Shown: positions 1 to 9,910, counted from the first letter of the stretch. The stretch is DNA of 64,000 nucleotides from Planctomycetota bacterium (GCA_965223845.1 CBDCXR010000004.1:864001-928000); one strand, 5' to 3'. Numbers and translations: made by a program. Notes: generated from the letters alone by a model not told the origin.

Positions 1-727
1 CGCGCGCGCGCACAGCTCTGTAGGCCGCGCGGAGATAGTCTTGGGGGAGCTCGATCTGTCCCGCGACGCCGAGCATCGATTCGCCGATGAACGCGGCGAG
101 CGAACGACCGTTCAGCCGCGCCGCGTCATCGGCAAGGCCGACGTCGCGCGCGACGCCCTTCGCGTACTCGACGTCCGCTCGCTCGCCACGAAACTCGCCG
201 CGGTAGCGGCACGGGAGTCGCGTGACGTGCGTGCTCGGCGGGGCTCCTCGTCCGCCAGGTCCGGCGAACTTGTAGTGGCTGACGTCGATCGCAGCCTGTG
301 TGTTTCCGTGGTAAGCCGACTCGATGGCGACGACGTCGCTCCCGCCGGTGTACGTTCGAGCGATACGAAGTGCCAACTCCGTTGCTTCGCTCCCCGAGCA
401 GGTCGGGTACACGACGCTCAATGGATCGGGCAGCAATTGCGCGAGCCGCTCGACGTAGGAAGAGAGCTGCGGATGGAGGTAGCGGGTGTTCGTGTTCAGA
501 ACCGCCGCTTGTTCGCTGATCGCTCGAACGACGTGAGGGTGGCAGTGGCCGACGTGGCACACGTTGTTCACGCAGTCGAGGTAGCGCCGTCCCGTCTCGT
601 CGAAGAGGTAGGCTCCTTCACCGCGGACGATCGTGAGCGGCGTGTCGTACGAGAGACTCAGTCCCCGGCCGAGGTGTTCGCGCCTCTGACGGAGGATCTG
701 ACCGCTCTCACTCAGCTCTCGTGACAT
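1..727 (-). CDS. Class-III PLP-dependent aminotransferase-family protein, AGXT2L/phospho-lyase-like (3' end runs off the window)
   Basis: Not in the ORF track. Manual minus-strand reading from ATG at 727 gives MSRELSESGQILRQRREHLGRGLSLSYDTPLTIVRGEGAYLFDETGRRYLDCVNNVCHVGHCHPHVV...LNTNTRYLH...CSGSEATELALRIAR...AYHGNT, a typical class-III N-terminus. The start overlaps the kinase 3' end. Confidence 0.9.
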   Translation of the reverse strand, partial: MSRELSESGQILRQRREHLGRGLSLSYDTPLTIVRGEGAYLFDETGRRYLDCVNNVCHVGHCHPHVVRAISEQAAVLNTNTRYLHPQLSSYVERLAQLLPDPLSVVYPTCSGSEATELALRIARTYTGGSDVVAIESAYHGNTQAAIDVSHYKFAGPGGRGAPPSTHVTRLPCRYRGEFRGERADVEYAKGVARDVGLADDAARLNGRSLAAFIGESMLGVAGQIELPQDYLRAAYRAVRAR

Positions 728-1799
728 CGATTCGATTCCGAACGGTTTCCTCGACACGACGAAGATCTTCTTCCAGGAGCAACTCGAGGGCTCGGCTCGC
801 CGGCCGCGCGCTGACCGACGCGTACGCATCGTGCGGGCGTCGGACGGCACGCCTCGCAGCGACGGTGAGGCTGATCGCAAGTCGGACCGCGGCGAGCCAA
901 GGTACGAGTCCGGCCTCCTCCGCGGTCAACGGCCACGCGCGAGCGTAGCCCTCCGTCGCGAGTGCGATCGCCTCTCCCGGTCGCGGCGAGCCGAACGTGC
1001 CGTAGGCCGCGGCGACGCCCAGACCGCAGATCGTTTGCGTTCGAACTGCGTCGCCGAAGTCGATCAAGCCACGAATCTCCAGCTCCGGGCGATCCCCGCC
1101 GACGATCATATTGTGCTGGTTCCCGCCGTCGTTGTGGATGATGCTTCGCGGCAAACGCGCGAGACGAGGAACGATGTCCGTCTCGAAGTGTGCGAATACC
1201 GTCTCGACGGCGCGCCGAACGCTTTCGGAGTCGATGTCTCGGGTCCCTTGTCTCGCGGTGAGCGCCTGCGCGAGATCCCACTCGATCGCGCGGTCAGCCC
1301 GCTCGTCGCAGTAGTCGACGAGTGCGCGATCGACTTCGGCGACCGCGTGGCCGATGCTCCGAAGAAGATGCGGGCCGTAGCCGCCGCCGTCGCGATCGAC
1401 GGCATCGAGCAGCTCGCCTTCGACGAAGGAGAGCATCCACGCGATACGCTCGGCACCGGTCGCATCCTGAACGCAAAGGTAACGGTGCCCTCCCAGGGTG
1501 CGGATCGGTCGGGGGTGAGCGATGGCGATCCGCTTCGCCGCGAGGTGGTCGAGCATTCCGATTTGGAGTTCGACGAGCGCCCGAGTCGTGGCGGATGCGT
1601 CACGCATCACTTTGAGGACGTACCGCTCGCCGCGTGAGTCCGCGACGCGAAAGTTGAGGTCGTACTCGCCGTAGAGCGAAATCGCCTCGACGGGATCACC
1701 GAGCCAGTTTCGGCCGAGCTCGAGCGCCGCGTCATCCGTCATGGGGCGACCGGAGGCACCGTTTGGGAGGGAAGCCCCTTGCTCGTTTCGCGGCGGCAT
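708..1799 (-). CDS. APH-family phosphotransferase, hydroxylysine/homoserine kinase type II-like
   Basis: GEYDLNF, YVLK, IIHND..N and GLIDFGD motifs. Start uncertain (1799 or 1742). Confidence 0.85.
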   Translation of the reverse strand: MPPRNEQGASLPNGASGRPMTDDAALELGRNWLGDPVEAISLYGEYDLNFRVADSRGERYVLKVMRDASATTRALVELQIGMLDHLAAKRIAIAHPRPIRTLGGHRYLCVQDATGAERIAWMLSFVEGELLDAVDRDGGGYGPHLLRSIGHAVAEVDRALVDYCDERADRAIEWDLAQALTARQGTRDIDSESVRRAVETVFAHFETDIVPRLARLPRSIIHNDGGNQHNMIVGGDRPELEIRGLIDFGDAVRTQTICGLGVAAAYGTFGSPRPGEAIALATEGYARAWPLTAEEAGLVPWLAAVRLAISLTVAARRAVRRPHDAYASVSARPASRALELLLEEDLRRVEETVRNRIDVTRAE

Positions 1800-1834
1800 C
1801 GGCGTGGGCCACCCGGTCGAGAACTCCGACGCGA

Positions 1835-2617
1835 TCAGGGGCGGACCGTCTCGAGCCACGTTTTCGCCATGAGCGCATGACCCGCCATCGAGGGATGAAC
1901 GCCGTCTCCGGCCCAATAGGCCGCCGGAGCATCGCGCGTTGCTTCATCGAACATCGTTTGGAACGGGACCCAAGTTGCACCGGCGGTTTCGGCGACCCGC
2001 TTGGCCGCTGCTCGCCGCTCATCGAATTCGGGAAACCACTTATCGGTCACCGCGCCACACCGAAGGACGAACGGCTCGCAGACGACGAGGCGAACGTTCG
2101 GGAGCGATTCTTTCGTCCGCCCGAGGAGAGCCGCGAAGCCGCTCTCGTAGTCGGCGACGGTGCCGGCGTACTTGCCGTTCAATTTGTGCCAGATGTCGTT
2201 CACGCCGATGAGGATGCTGAGGACATTCGGCTTCAAGTCGATCGTGTCTTTTAGCCAGCGCTTGTCGAGATCCGGAACGCGGTGGCCGGAGATCCCGCGA
2301 TTGTAGAGCTGGAGCCCGTCCTTCGGCCGGGTGGCGAGGAGCCATCCCGCGATGAACTGCGGGTAACCGCGGCCGAACGCACCGGCGTTGTTGGGACCCG
2401 CGTGACGCCGGTTGCGTCCCGCGTCGGTGATCGAGTCACCCTGAAAGAGGATGACGCTCTTCGCTTTGATCGAGCCGGCATCTTGGGCCGACACGGGAGT
2501 GGGAAACGCGCTCGATGCCGCCCAAAGCGAGCCGGCGGCGAGGGCAGAGGTCACGAGCTCGCGGCGGGAGATCGGTGCGGACGATTGGACGGGAAGGTCG
2601 TCGCTGGAGGTGGTCAT
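1835..2617 (-). CDS. SGNH/GDSL hydrolase with Tat signal
   Basis: FQGDSITD, NRGISG, IGVND and DGVHP blocks; SRRELV twin-arginine N-terminus. Confidence 0.9.
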   Translation of the reverse strand: MTTSSDDLPVQSSAPISRRELVTSALAAGSLWAASSAFPTPVSAQDAGSIKAKSVILFQGDSITDAGRNRRHAGPNNAGAFGRGYPQFIAGWLLATRPKDGLQLYNRGISGHRVPDLDKRWLKDTIDLKPNVLSILIGVNDIWHKLNGKYAGTVADYESGFAALLGRTKESLPNVRLVVCEPFVLRCGAVTDKWFPEFDERRAAAKRVAETAGATWVPFQTMFDEATRDAPAAYWAGDGVHPSMAGHALMAKTWLETVRP

Positions 2618-2728
2618 CTCGGCTGGCTCTCGGTTGGATCGCGGCGCGTGGTCGAGGCTCGCCCGCGCGAGTCGATCGCCGTGCCGCGGCGCCATCGTCG
2701 ACTCGAGTCGGGAGACGGGTCAAGGGAA

Positions 2729-3784
2729 TTAGAGAAGACCGCGGTCGCGGAGCGCCCGCTGGAGACGTGGCTCGACGAGAGCGCGGATCTCCGAGTTTGC
2801 GTATCCGACCCAGCTCACGGCCGAGACGAGATCGAGCGGGGCATCGAGCGTCTCGCCGTTCGGGTCGGCGACGATGACTCCGAGCTCCTCAGCGATGAGA
2901 TGCGTGCAGATGTCGTAGGGGTGGCAGGTGATTCCGAAGTCGAGTCCCTGCGCCCGGGCGAGCTCGCGGACGAGTGGACGAAGATCGGCGACGAACCGGT
3001 CCCGACCCGACATGAGCTCGAAGATCTGTCCGCCGGTCGAAAGGTACTGATCTTCGAAAGAAAAGCTCCGCCGCTCCGTTTCTCTTCCGCGCTGAGTGGC
3101 GTCGCCGCCGTCCGGGAGCGTGCCTCGACCGAGGACGGCTGCGGCGACGTCGTCATCGATCCCGGCGAGCTCGGCCCTCGCACCGGGAATGAACCGCGCG
3201 ATCGACGCGAAACCGTGATCGATTCCGCTCGCGCGCGAGGGCGCGAGCGTGAGCGGCGAACGAGCGCCGGTGAACCGATCCGTCCGTTCGGCCGTCGCAC
3301 CTCGTCCGCGGACGGCCCAGACCGAGTCGAAGAGGTGCTGCTTGACGAGCGGGATCTCCGTCTGGAGCGCGAACGCGAGATCGCGGAGAGAGGTCTCCGA
3401 GCCGCGATTCGGCGCGGCCGCGGTGAGCACCCACGCGCTCCGCTTTTGGTACATGAGACCGCGGGTGCCGTCGATCGGGTCGACGATGATCCGCCAGCGG
3501 GCTGCGCTCTCGTCAGATCCGCGCGGGAGCACGAGGCCACGCGGATCCAAGCCTTCAGCGACCAGCACCACGGGAATCGTGGGGGCGATCTCACGCTCGA
3601 CGTAGTCGACGAGCGCCGCCTCGCCGATCCGGTCGATGCGGTAGATCGTGTCGCCTTCGGTTTCCTCGGCGATCGCCGCGAGATCCTCGCTCGCCTGAGT
3701 CTCGCACGACTCGGTGATCCTCCGCGCGATCTCGAGCTGGAGCGAACGAAGCTTCGGGAGCAAGGTGTCGATGTCGCCTGCCAT
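2729..3784 (-). CDS. Inositol monophosphatase (FIG superfamily) protein
   Basis: IIVDPIDGT and HPYDI motifs; start trimmed to MAGDID. Confidence 0.8.
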   Translation of the reverse strand: MAGDIDTLLPKLRSLQLEIARRITESCETQASEDLAAIAEETEGDTIYRIDRIGEAALVDYVEREIAPTIPVVLVAEGLDPRGLVLPRGSDESAARWRIIVDPIDGTRGLMYQKRSAWVLTAAAPNRGSETSLRDLAFALQTEIPLVKQHLFDSVWAVRGRGATAERTDRFTGARSPLTLAPSRASGIDHGFASIARFIPGARAELAGIDDDVAAAVLGRGTLPDGGDATQRGRETERRSFSFEDQYLSTGGQIFELMSGRDRFVADLRPLVRELARAQGLDFGITCHPYDICTHLIAEELGVIVADPNGETLDAPLDLVSAVSWVGYANSEIRALVEPRLQRALRDRGLL

Positions 3785-3950
3785 GCGCGACTCAGCTTGC
3801 CGAGCGCTCGACGGCACGTCAAGCGAAGGAGCCCGGACGGCTCGCGGCAGCGCGAGACATCCGGGCCGGGTCGCTTCGACGATGATTCGAACGGGGCCTG
3901 CCGGCGCGCGGTGACACGTTCTGGCGCTCCGGCAGGGCTCCGCGAGGACT

Positions 3951-4562
3951 TCAGAACCCCGTCGTTCCGCGAAAATCGAACAGGAAAGAAGTATTGAATC
4001 CTTCGGTCGCGTTGAGTCCGTCGCCGACGTAGATCTGCCGGTGCTGACCACTCGCGTTCGAGAGGATCCCCGTTCCGCCGGTGATCGTCCGCGAGAACCA
4101 GACATTGAAGTCCGCGAGTTCGATCCCTTCCGTCGTGATCGTGTTCTCGCCGGGTTGGTCGGGGTCGAACTCGAAGATCTGCGTCGTCGCGACCACCGCC
4201 CCGGTTGGTGCGTCGCCATCGAGGAGGTGCCAACCGCGGCAGATCCACTTTCCGATGACGCGATCGGGAAACTCCGGGCTGCCGTCGGGAAGAACGCCGC
4301 TCAGCTCGCCGTGCTCGGCGAACGTCCCCCCTGGGTAGAGGTATCCTTCGACGACGAACGGAGTGCCTTTGGCCGGGGCACCGTTGGCGTTCGTCGCACC
4401 TTCGAACGAGAAGCTCGTGCCGTCCATGGCACAGTCGAACTCGAGAACGTGAGGGCCGTTCGGGAGCGCGGCCGAGCTCGTCCGAGCGAACGAGAGGAGG
4501 GCGGCGACGGATAGCGCGAGAGTGGCGGCCACGAGCGTGGACTTGCGTCGAGCGAGGAACAT
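3951..4562 (-). CDS. Secreted hypothetical protein, possibly allene-oxide-cyclase/dirigent-like beta-barrel
   Basis: Signal peptide, GGAG RBS, ITGGTG motif near the C-terminus, beta-rich sequence. Confidence 0.6.
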   Translation of the reverse strand: MFLARRKSTLVAATLALSVAALLSFARTSSAALPNGPHVLEFDCAMDGTSFSFEGATNANGAPAKGTPFVVEGYLYPGGTFAEHGELSGVLPDGSPEFPDRVIGKWICRGWHLLDGDAPTGAVVATTQIFEFDPDQPGENTITTEGIELADFNVWFSRTITGGTGILSNASGQHRQIYVGDGLNATEGFNTSFLFDFRGTTGF

Positions 4563-4764
4563 GGCAAAGTCTCCTTGTCGATAGGCGTCATAGATGGACT
4601 ACGGCAGCGTTGATCGCGGTTCCCCGACGGGCGCCGCACCGGGGGAGTGCGGAAGCTCGTTCGAACGAGCCCCGCACTTAGCGTCGCAACTGCTCTACGA
4701 CGGGTACTGCGGTCGCGGCGTCGTCGAGACAGAGAAAACCGCGATTGGAGAAAGAGGATTAGCG

Positions 4765-6342
4765 ATGCACGAGAACGGTCGAGCGGCCCGGTCGCTCAGT
4801 TGGGGCGTATTCTTCCTTCTCGTGGGATCCGTCGGCTGCTCGCAGCTCACCGGTGCGCGCCGACCGGACGGATCACCGAATCTCGTCCTCATCCTCTGCG
4901 ACGACCACCGCGCCGATGCGATGGGATTCGTCGGCCATCCATTTCTCGAAACGCCCCACATGGATCGGATGGCGCGGGATGGCGTTTACTTCAAAAACGC
5001 CTTTGTTACGACCTCGCTCTGCTCGCCGAGCCGAGCTTCGATTCTCACCGGGCTCTACGCGCACAATCACGGCGTCATCGACAACTATCATCCGGTGCGC
5101 GAGGATCTCGTTTTCTTTCCCGAGCTTCTTCAGTCTGCCGGTTACGAGACCGCCTTCATCGGAAAGTGGCACATGGGCGGCGATCACGATGACCCGCAGC
5201 GCGGATTCGATCACTGGCTCGCGTTCAAAGGACAGGGGACGTACTGGCCGGACGGGCGCGGAACGACGCGCGTCGTTCCTCAAACGCGGTACGACGGCTT
5301 CAATTTGAACGGTGAACGCGTCCCGCAGCGCGGATACATCACCGACGAGCTGACCGACTACGCACTCGAATGGCTCGACGGCCGATCGACCGAGAAACCG
5401 TTCTTTCTGTACGTATCCCACAAGGCTGTTCACTCGGACTTCGTCGCCGCGGATCGCCATCGCGGTCGTTACGCGAGCGAATCACTCGTGCTTCCGGATG
5501 AGTACCGAGCGGAGCCTCCACCGGAGGCGAATCGTCCGGCGTGGCTGCGCAACCAGAGGAACAGCCGCCACGGCGTCGACTTCGGCTACAACCTCGACGG
5601 ATTCGATGTCGAGGCCTACTACCGTCGCTACTGCGAATCCCTGCTCGCGGTCGACGACGGGCTCGGGCGTATCATCGATCGTCTCGCGGAGCGCGGCATG
5701 CTCGAGAACACGATCGTCGTCTACATGGGCGACAACGGGTTTCAATTCGGCGAGCACGGACTCATCGACAAGCGCGTCGCGTACGAGACTTCGATCCGCG
5801 TACCCCTCATCATGCTCGCTCCCGATCGTCTGAAGGCGGGCACGGTCGTCGACGAGGTTGTCGCCAACATCGACGTCGCGCCGACGCTGCTCGCGGCGGC
5901 GGGAATCCGGCCCGACGTGTCGATGGACGGGAGGAGCTTCTGGCCGATCGCCGCCACAGGTGCCCCGGAAGAGCCGTGGCGCGATGTCCTCCTCTACGAG
6001 TACTACTGGGAATGGAACTACCCGCAGACGCCGACGATCCACGCGGTGCGCGGCGAGCGATACAAATTCATTCGGTACCACGGAGTTTGGGATACCGACG
6101 AGTTGTACGACCTCGAGGAGGACCCTCTCGAGATACGAAATCTCATCCGGAGTCCCGAGCACGCGGCGATCGCCCGCCGAATGAAGACCCGCCTCTTCGA
6201 GGTCCTCGAGGAGTCGGGTGGACGCAGCATCCCACTCCTCCCAGATCGCGGGCGGCAGTTCTACTATCGCCATCCGGAGCGGACGCCTCAGGCGCAGTTC
6301 CCGCCGTTTTTCTACGATCGGCCGGCGCCGGTCACTCGTTGA
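4765..6342 (+). CDS. Formylglycine-dependent sulfatase (N-acetylglucosamine-6-sulfatase-like), probable lipoprotein
   Basis: DDHR, CSPSRASILTG, GKWH, GDNG and HGLIDKR motifs; SVGC lipobox-like sequence. Confidence 0.92.
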   Translation: MHENGRAARSLSWGVFFLLVGSVGCSQLTGARRPDGSPNLVLILCDDHRADAMGFVGHPFLETPHMDRMARDGVYFKNAFVTTSLCSPSRASILTGLYAHNHGVIDNYHPVREDLVFFPELLQSAGYETAFIGKWHMGGDHDDPQRGFDHWLAFKGQGTYWPDGRGTTRVVPQTRYDGFNLNGERVPQRGYITDELTDYALEWLDGRSTEKPFFLYVSHKAVHSDFVAADRHRGRYASESLVLPDEYRAEPPPEANRPAWLRNQRNSRHGVDFGYNLDGFDVEAYYRRYCESLLAVDDGLGRIIDRLAERGMLENTIVVYMGDNGFQFGEHGLIDKRVAYETSIRVPLIMLAPDRLKAGTVVDEVVANIDVAPTLLAAAGIRPDVSMDGRSFWPIAATGAPEEPWRDVLLYEYYWEWNYPQTPTIHAVRGERYKFIRYHGVWDTDELYDLEEDPLEIRNLIRSPEHAAIARRMKTRLFEVLEESGGRSIPLLPDRGRQFYYRHPERTPQAQFPPFFYDRPAPVTR

Positions 6343-7648
6343 CGGGCGCCGATTCGGCCTTTTTCGCCGTGGGGGGAGTCTGCCTTCGCTTCGGCTGCGC
6401 ACGCTCCCACTCCGCGCGGGAGACCGGCCGCGTGCGCTGGCGGAAGAGCCAGGTCCCTTTCTTATTTGCGGCGATGATGTCGGTGTGGCCGTCGCCATCG
6501 ACATCCCGCGCGACGACTTGGCGTCCGACGCCGGAATCGTCGTCGACGAGATGCGGCACGAACTCGAGGCCGTCGGGATTCCTCACGAGGCGGAAGTAGT
6601 AGACGACCGCCGGATCGCGCGCGCCGGGATCGGAGCCGTTGTGGGCCCAGTAGCACTTTCCCGTGACGATATCGCGAAGTCCGTCGCCGTCGACGTCCGC
6701 GAGGTCGACCGCGTGGAGCTGCGAGAACGCTAGGCCGTACGGATTCTCCTCGGGCCGCTCACCCATGATCCGGTGTTCGGTGAACACGATCTCGCCGTCC
6801 GCACCGCGCTTCTGCTCGTACCAGCTCAGGCCCCACGCGTGCGCGTGGACACTTGTGATCACATCCGCGTCTCCGTCGCCGTCGACGTCCTCGGTGTAGA
6901 TCTCAGCGCCGGCAGCACCGAACCGAGCGGGATGGTGTGTCCACTCGCGATCCGCTGCGCCCGCTTCGGGCTGCTCCCACCATCCCGTCGGCATCAAGAA
7001 GTCCTTGCGCCCGTCGCCGTTCACATCGCCGATGCCGAGCCCGTGGCTGAACCGATGCCAACGGCCCTTCGCGGACACCGCGGTCCACGTCCACTCCTTC
7101 TCCGGATTCTTCGGATCGGAGCTCGCGTAGCCGAGCCGACCTTCGAACGTGCAGATGAGCTCGGGGCGCCCGTCGCCGGTGAGATCCGCGAAGACCGGAG
7201 CTTCGTTGTCCACTTGGCGAAAGGCGAGCCGCTTCGGCCAGATCTTCCCTTCGGACGAATCGGAGGCACGAGGGTTTTCGTACCAGTGGGCCGGCGTACC
7301 GGGGAGTCCGACGACGAGAACGTCATCCCAACCGTCGCCGTTCACGTCGGCGACGAACGAGAAGAAATTGTTCGAGTAGCCGCGGTCGTTCGGGAACGAG
7401 CGGCCCTCGTAGATCGGGTAGCGCGCGGTGAACTGCGGGCCGGCGAACCAGTGAGGGCCGCAGACGATGTCGAGGCGGCCGTCGCGGTTGAAGTCGCCGA
7501 CGTTCGCACCCTCCGCGTAGTACTCCTCGGTGATTCGGACGCGCTCGAACTCGCGGACGGCGTAAGTCTCGTCCTCAGAGCGAGCGGGGCCCGAGAAGAG
7601 CGAAACAAGAAGCGTGAACGGGATGAAGAGTGTCGGTTTCTGATTCAT
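6332..7648 (-). CDS. Secreted FG-GAP/VCBS repeat beta-propeller protein
   Basis: Signal peptide; repeated DFNRDGRLD, DVNGDGWDD, DVDGDGDAD motifs. Confidence 0.88.
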   Translation of the reverse strand: MNQKPTLFIPFTLLVSLFSGPARSEDETYAVREFERVRITEEYYAEGANVGDFNRDGRLDIVCGPHWFAGPQFTARYPIYEGRSFPNDRGYSNNFFSFVADVNGDGWDDVLVVGLPGTPAHWYENPRASDSSEGKIWPKRLAFRQVDNEAPVFADLTGDGRPELICTFEGRLGYASSDPKNPEKEWTWTAVSAKGRWHRFSHGLGIGDVNGDGRKDFLMPTGWWEQPEAGAADREWTHHPARFGAAGAEIYTEDVDGDGDADVITSVHAHAWGLSWYEQKRGADGEIVFTEHRIMGERPEENPYGLAFSQLHAVDLADVDGDGLRDIVTGKCYWAHNGSDPGARDPAVVYYFRLVRNPDGLEFVPHLVDDDSGVGRQVVARDVDGDGHTDIIAANKKGTWLFRQRTRPVSRAEWERAQPKRRQTPPTAKKAESAPVNE

Positions 7649-7879
7649 GAAGCTTGGACTCTCGATGGGGGGAAGACTTCGTGAATCGAGACCCGCGGCT
7701 GCGCACGCGAGTTTCGGTGCGGAGAAAACCTGCGATCGAGGAGGACATCACGTCAGCCGAGAGAGCGTCCCGACCGATGGTTCGTGTCTTGACCCAGTTT
7801 TTACACGCCGCCGGTAAACGATTCATAGACGAGTGCTTTCTTGGGCGGAGCTCACAACAACTCAACGAGGAGGGAGCCG

Positions 7880-9838
7880 ATGCTCGTTCGCAGCTATTCG
7901 ATGCGTAGTATACTGGTGATCGCAAGTGTGATCTCGGCGTGGATTCCGGCGATGGCGGACCCGGACGGGACGCGCGGAGGCGACAAGTCGAGGCCGCGAC
8001 CTCCGACTCTCGATCTCGACCTCGTCGGTCGCTACGCCAGCGGAATTTTCGACCAGTCAGCGGCGGAGATCGCGGCTCACGACCCCGAGACGCAGCGGCT
8101 CTACATCTCGAATGACGCCGAAGTGCGAGTCGATATCCTCGATTTGGGGAACCCGGAGACTCTCTCCCTTCTCGCTTGGGTGGACCTTTCGCCCTACGGC
8201 GGCGCGCCTTCCCACGTGGCGTTTCACGACGGCCTCGGTGCGGTCGCGGTCTCGGCGGATCCCAAGACGGACCCGGGATTCGTTGTCTTCTTCGACGCCG
8301 ACGGTGTCGTCCTCGGCGACGTCAGTGTCGGCGCGAATCCGGACGCGGCCGTGTTCTCTCCCGACGGCACTAAGATCCTCGTCGCGAACGAAGGTGAGCC
8401 GAACGACGACTACACGGACGACCCCGAGGGGTCGATCAGCATCATCGACGTCACGCCGGGTGCGGGCGCGATCCATCAGGATCACGTCTCGACCGTGAGC
8501 TTCGCCGCGTACAACTCGCAGAAGAGCTCTCTCCGCGCGAAGGGAGTGCGCATCTTCGGCCCCACGGTGACGGACCTCGGTGACGGCAAGTTCGACGTCG
8601 AGCCGGGAGGTGCTTCGGTCGCGCAAGACCTCGAGCCCGAGCACCTCTCGTTCTCGAGCGATTCAGCCTTCGCGTACGTCACTCTGCAGGAGAACAACGC
8701 CGTCGGCGTGGTCGACGTCGAGGCCGCGGAGCTCGTCGCCATCCTTCCGCTCGGCTACAAGCAGCACTTTTTCCAGCCGAATTCCCTCGACGCAAGCGAC
8801 CGTGACGACGCGATCAACATCCGCACCTGGCCGACGCGCGGTATGTATCAGCCCGACTGGATCGCCACCTACGATGTCGACGGTGAGACGTATCTCGTCA
8901 CGGCGAACGAAGGGGATGCTCGCGACTACGACGGATTCAGCGAGGAAGAGCGCGGCGACGACCTCGAGTTCGCGGGGGTCCTCGCGAAGATCCCCGATCT
9001 CCAGGAAAACGAGAACCTCGGTCGTCTGCGCACGACGACGGAGCCCCCGCGCGGAAAGCGAGTCGATCGCGACGGCGACGCTACGTACCGGCAGTTCTAC
9101 TCTTACGGTGCCCGCTCGTTCTCGATCTGGTCGGCGGCGGGCGATCTCGTGTTCGACAGCGGCGATGAGTTCGAGCAGATCCTCGCCGACGAACTCGGTG
9201 ACGACTTCAACTCGAACAACGACGAGAGCCCGTCCGGCGACGCGAGAAGCGACGACAAAGGCCCCGAGCCGGAGGGGGTGATCGTCGCACCTCTCGGCGG
9301 TTCTCAGCTCGCATTCATCGGTCTCGAACGGGTCGGCGGAGTGATCGTCTACGACGTGTCCGACCCCGAAGCGCCGCAGTTCGTCGACTATTTTCACAAC
9401 CGAAACTTTTCCGTCGATTTCGATATCGGCGGCTGCGAGGACTGCGCGGAAGACTGCGGAGACGATTGCGCCGAGGCCTGCGAAGAGTGTCACACCGCGT
9501 GCGAGGAGTGCGCGAATTGTCCCGACGGCGAGGACTGTTCGGAGGCCTGCGCGATCTGCGAGAGCGAATCGTGCGCGACCTACGCGGATTGCGCAGATTG
9601 TACGCCCGAGTGCGCCGCCGTTGCGGACTGCGGGACGGCGTGCACGGACGAGTGCACGACGGAGAAATGTCCGCGCATCGACGACGAAGAGCGCGACCCG
9701 GGTGACCTCGGCCCCGAGGGACTGCTGTTCATCCCCGCGGAGGAGAGTCCCGAAGGGTACGGCTCCCTACTCGTCGTCACGAACGAAGTGAGTGGTTCGA
9801 CTACGGTTTACGAGATCGACGCACGGAAGCGTCGCTAA
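7880..9838 (+). CDS. Choice-of-anchor I family (alkaline phosphatase-associated) beta-propeller protein with Cys-rich insert
   Basis: SAAEI, VANEGEP, DLEPE, LQENNA, MYQPD, TANEGD, YGARSFSIW, RSDDKGPEPEG, FIGLERVGG, GDLGPEG and NEVSG motifs; GAGGAGG RBS before ATG 7880. Confidence 0.88.
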   Translation: MLVRSYSMRSILVIASVISAWIPAMADPDGTRGGDKSRPRPPTLDLDLVGRYASGIFDQSAAEIAAHDPETQRLYISNDAEVRVDILDLGNPETLSLLAWVDLSPYGGAPSHVAFHDGLGAVAVSADPKTDPGFVVFFDADGVVLGDVSVGANPDAAVFSPDGTKILVANEGEPNDDYTDDPEGSISIIDVTPGAGAIHQDHVSTVSFAAYNSQKSSLRAKGVRIFGPTVTDLGDGKFDVEPGGASVAQDLEPEHLSFSSDSAFAYVTLQENNAVGVVDVEAAELVAILPLGYKQHFFQPNSLDASDRDDAINIRTWPTRGMYQPDWIATYDVDGETYLVTANEGDARDYDGFSEEERGDDLEFAGVLAKIPDLQENENLGRLRTTTEPPRGKRVDRDGDATYRQFYSYGARSFSIWSAAGDLVFDSGDEFEQILADELGDDFNSNNDESPSGDARSDDKGPEPEGVIVAPLGGSQLAFIGLERVGGVIVYDVSDPEAPQFVDYFHNRNFSVDFDIGGCEDCAEDCGDDCAEACEECHTACEECANCPDGEDCSEACAICESESCATYADCADCTPECAAVADCGTACTDECTTEKCPRIDDEERDPGDLGPEGLLFIPAEESPEGYGSLLVVTNEVSGSTTVYEIDARKRR

Positions 9839-9849
9839 GCGAGGAGCTC

Positions 9850-9897
9850 GAAATCGGCCGGCGCCGGAAGAGCCAAGTCCCGTCGCCGGTCGATTTC
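9850..9897. terminator. Inverted repeat between convergent genes, possible bidirectional terminator
   Basis: GAAATCGGCCGGCG (9850-9863) pairs with CGCCGGTCGATTTC (9884-9897) with one G-U pair; no strong U-tract. Confidence 0.5.
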
Positions 9898-9910
9898 CAT
9901 CCGCTTCGCT

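Noticed and set aside
41-724. 227-aa + strand ORF
   Set aside because: It is the antisense shadow of the minus-strand class-III aminotransferase, which has clear family motifs.
2282-4248. Long ORFs 2282..3997 (+) and 2815..4248 (-)
   Set aside because: Arg/Ser-rich with no motifs; they overlap better-supported genes.
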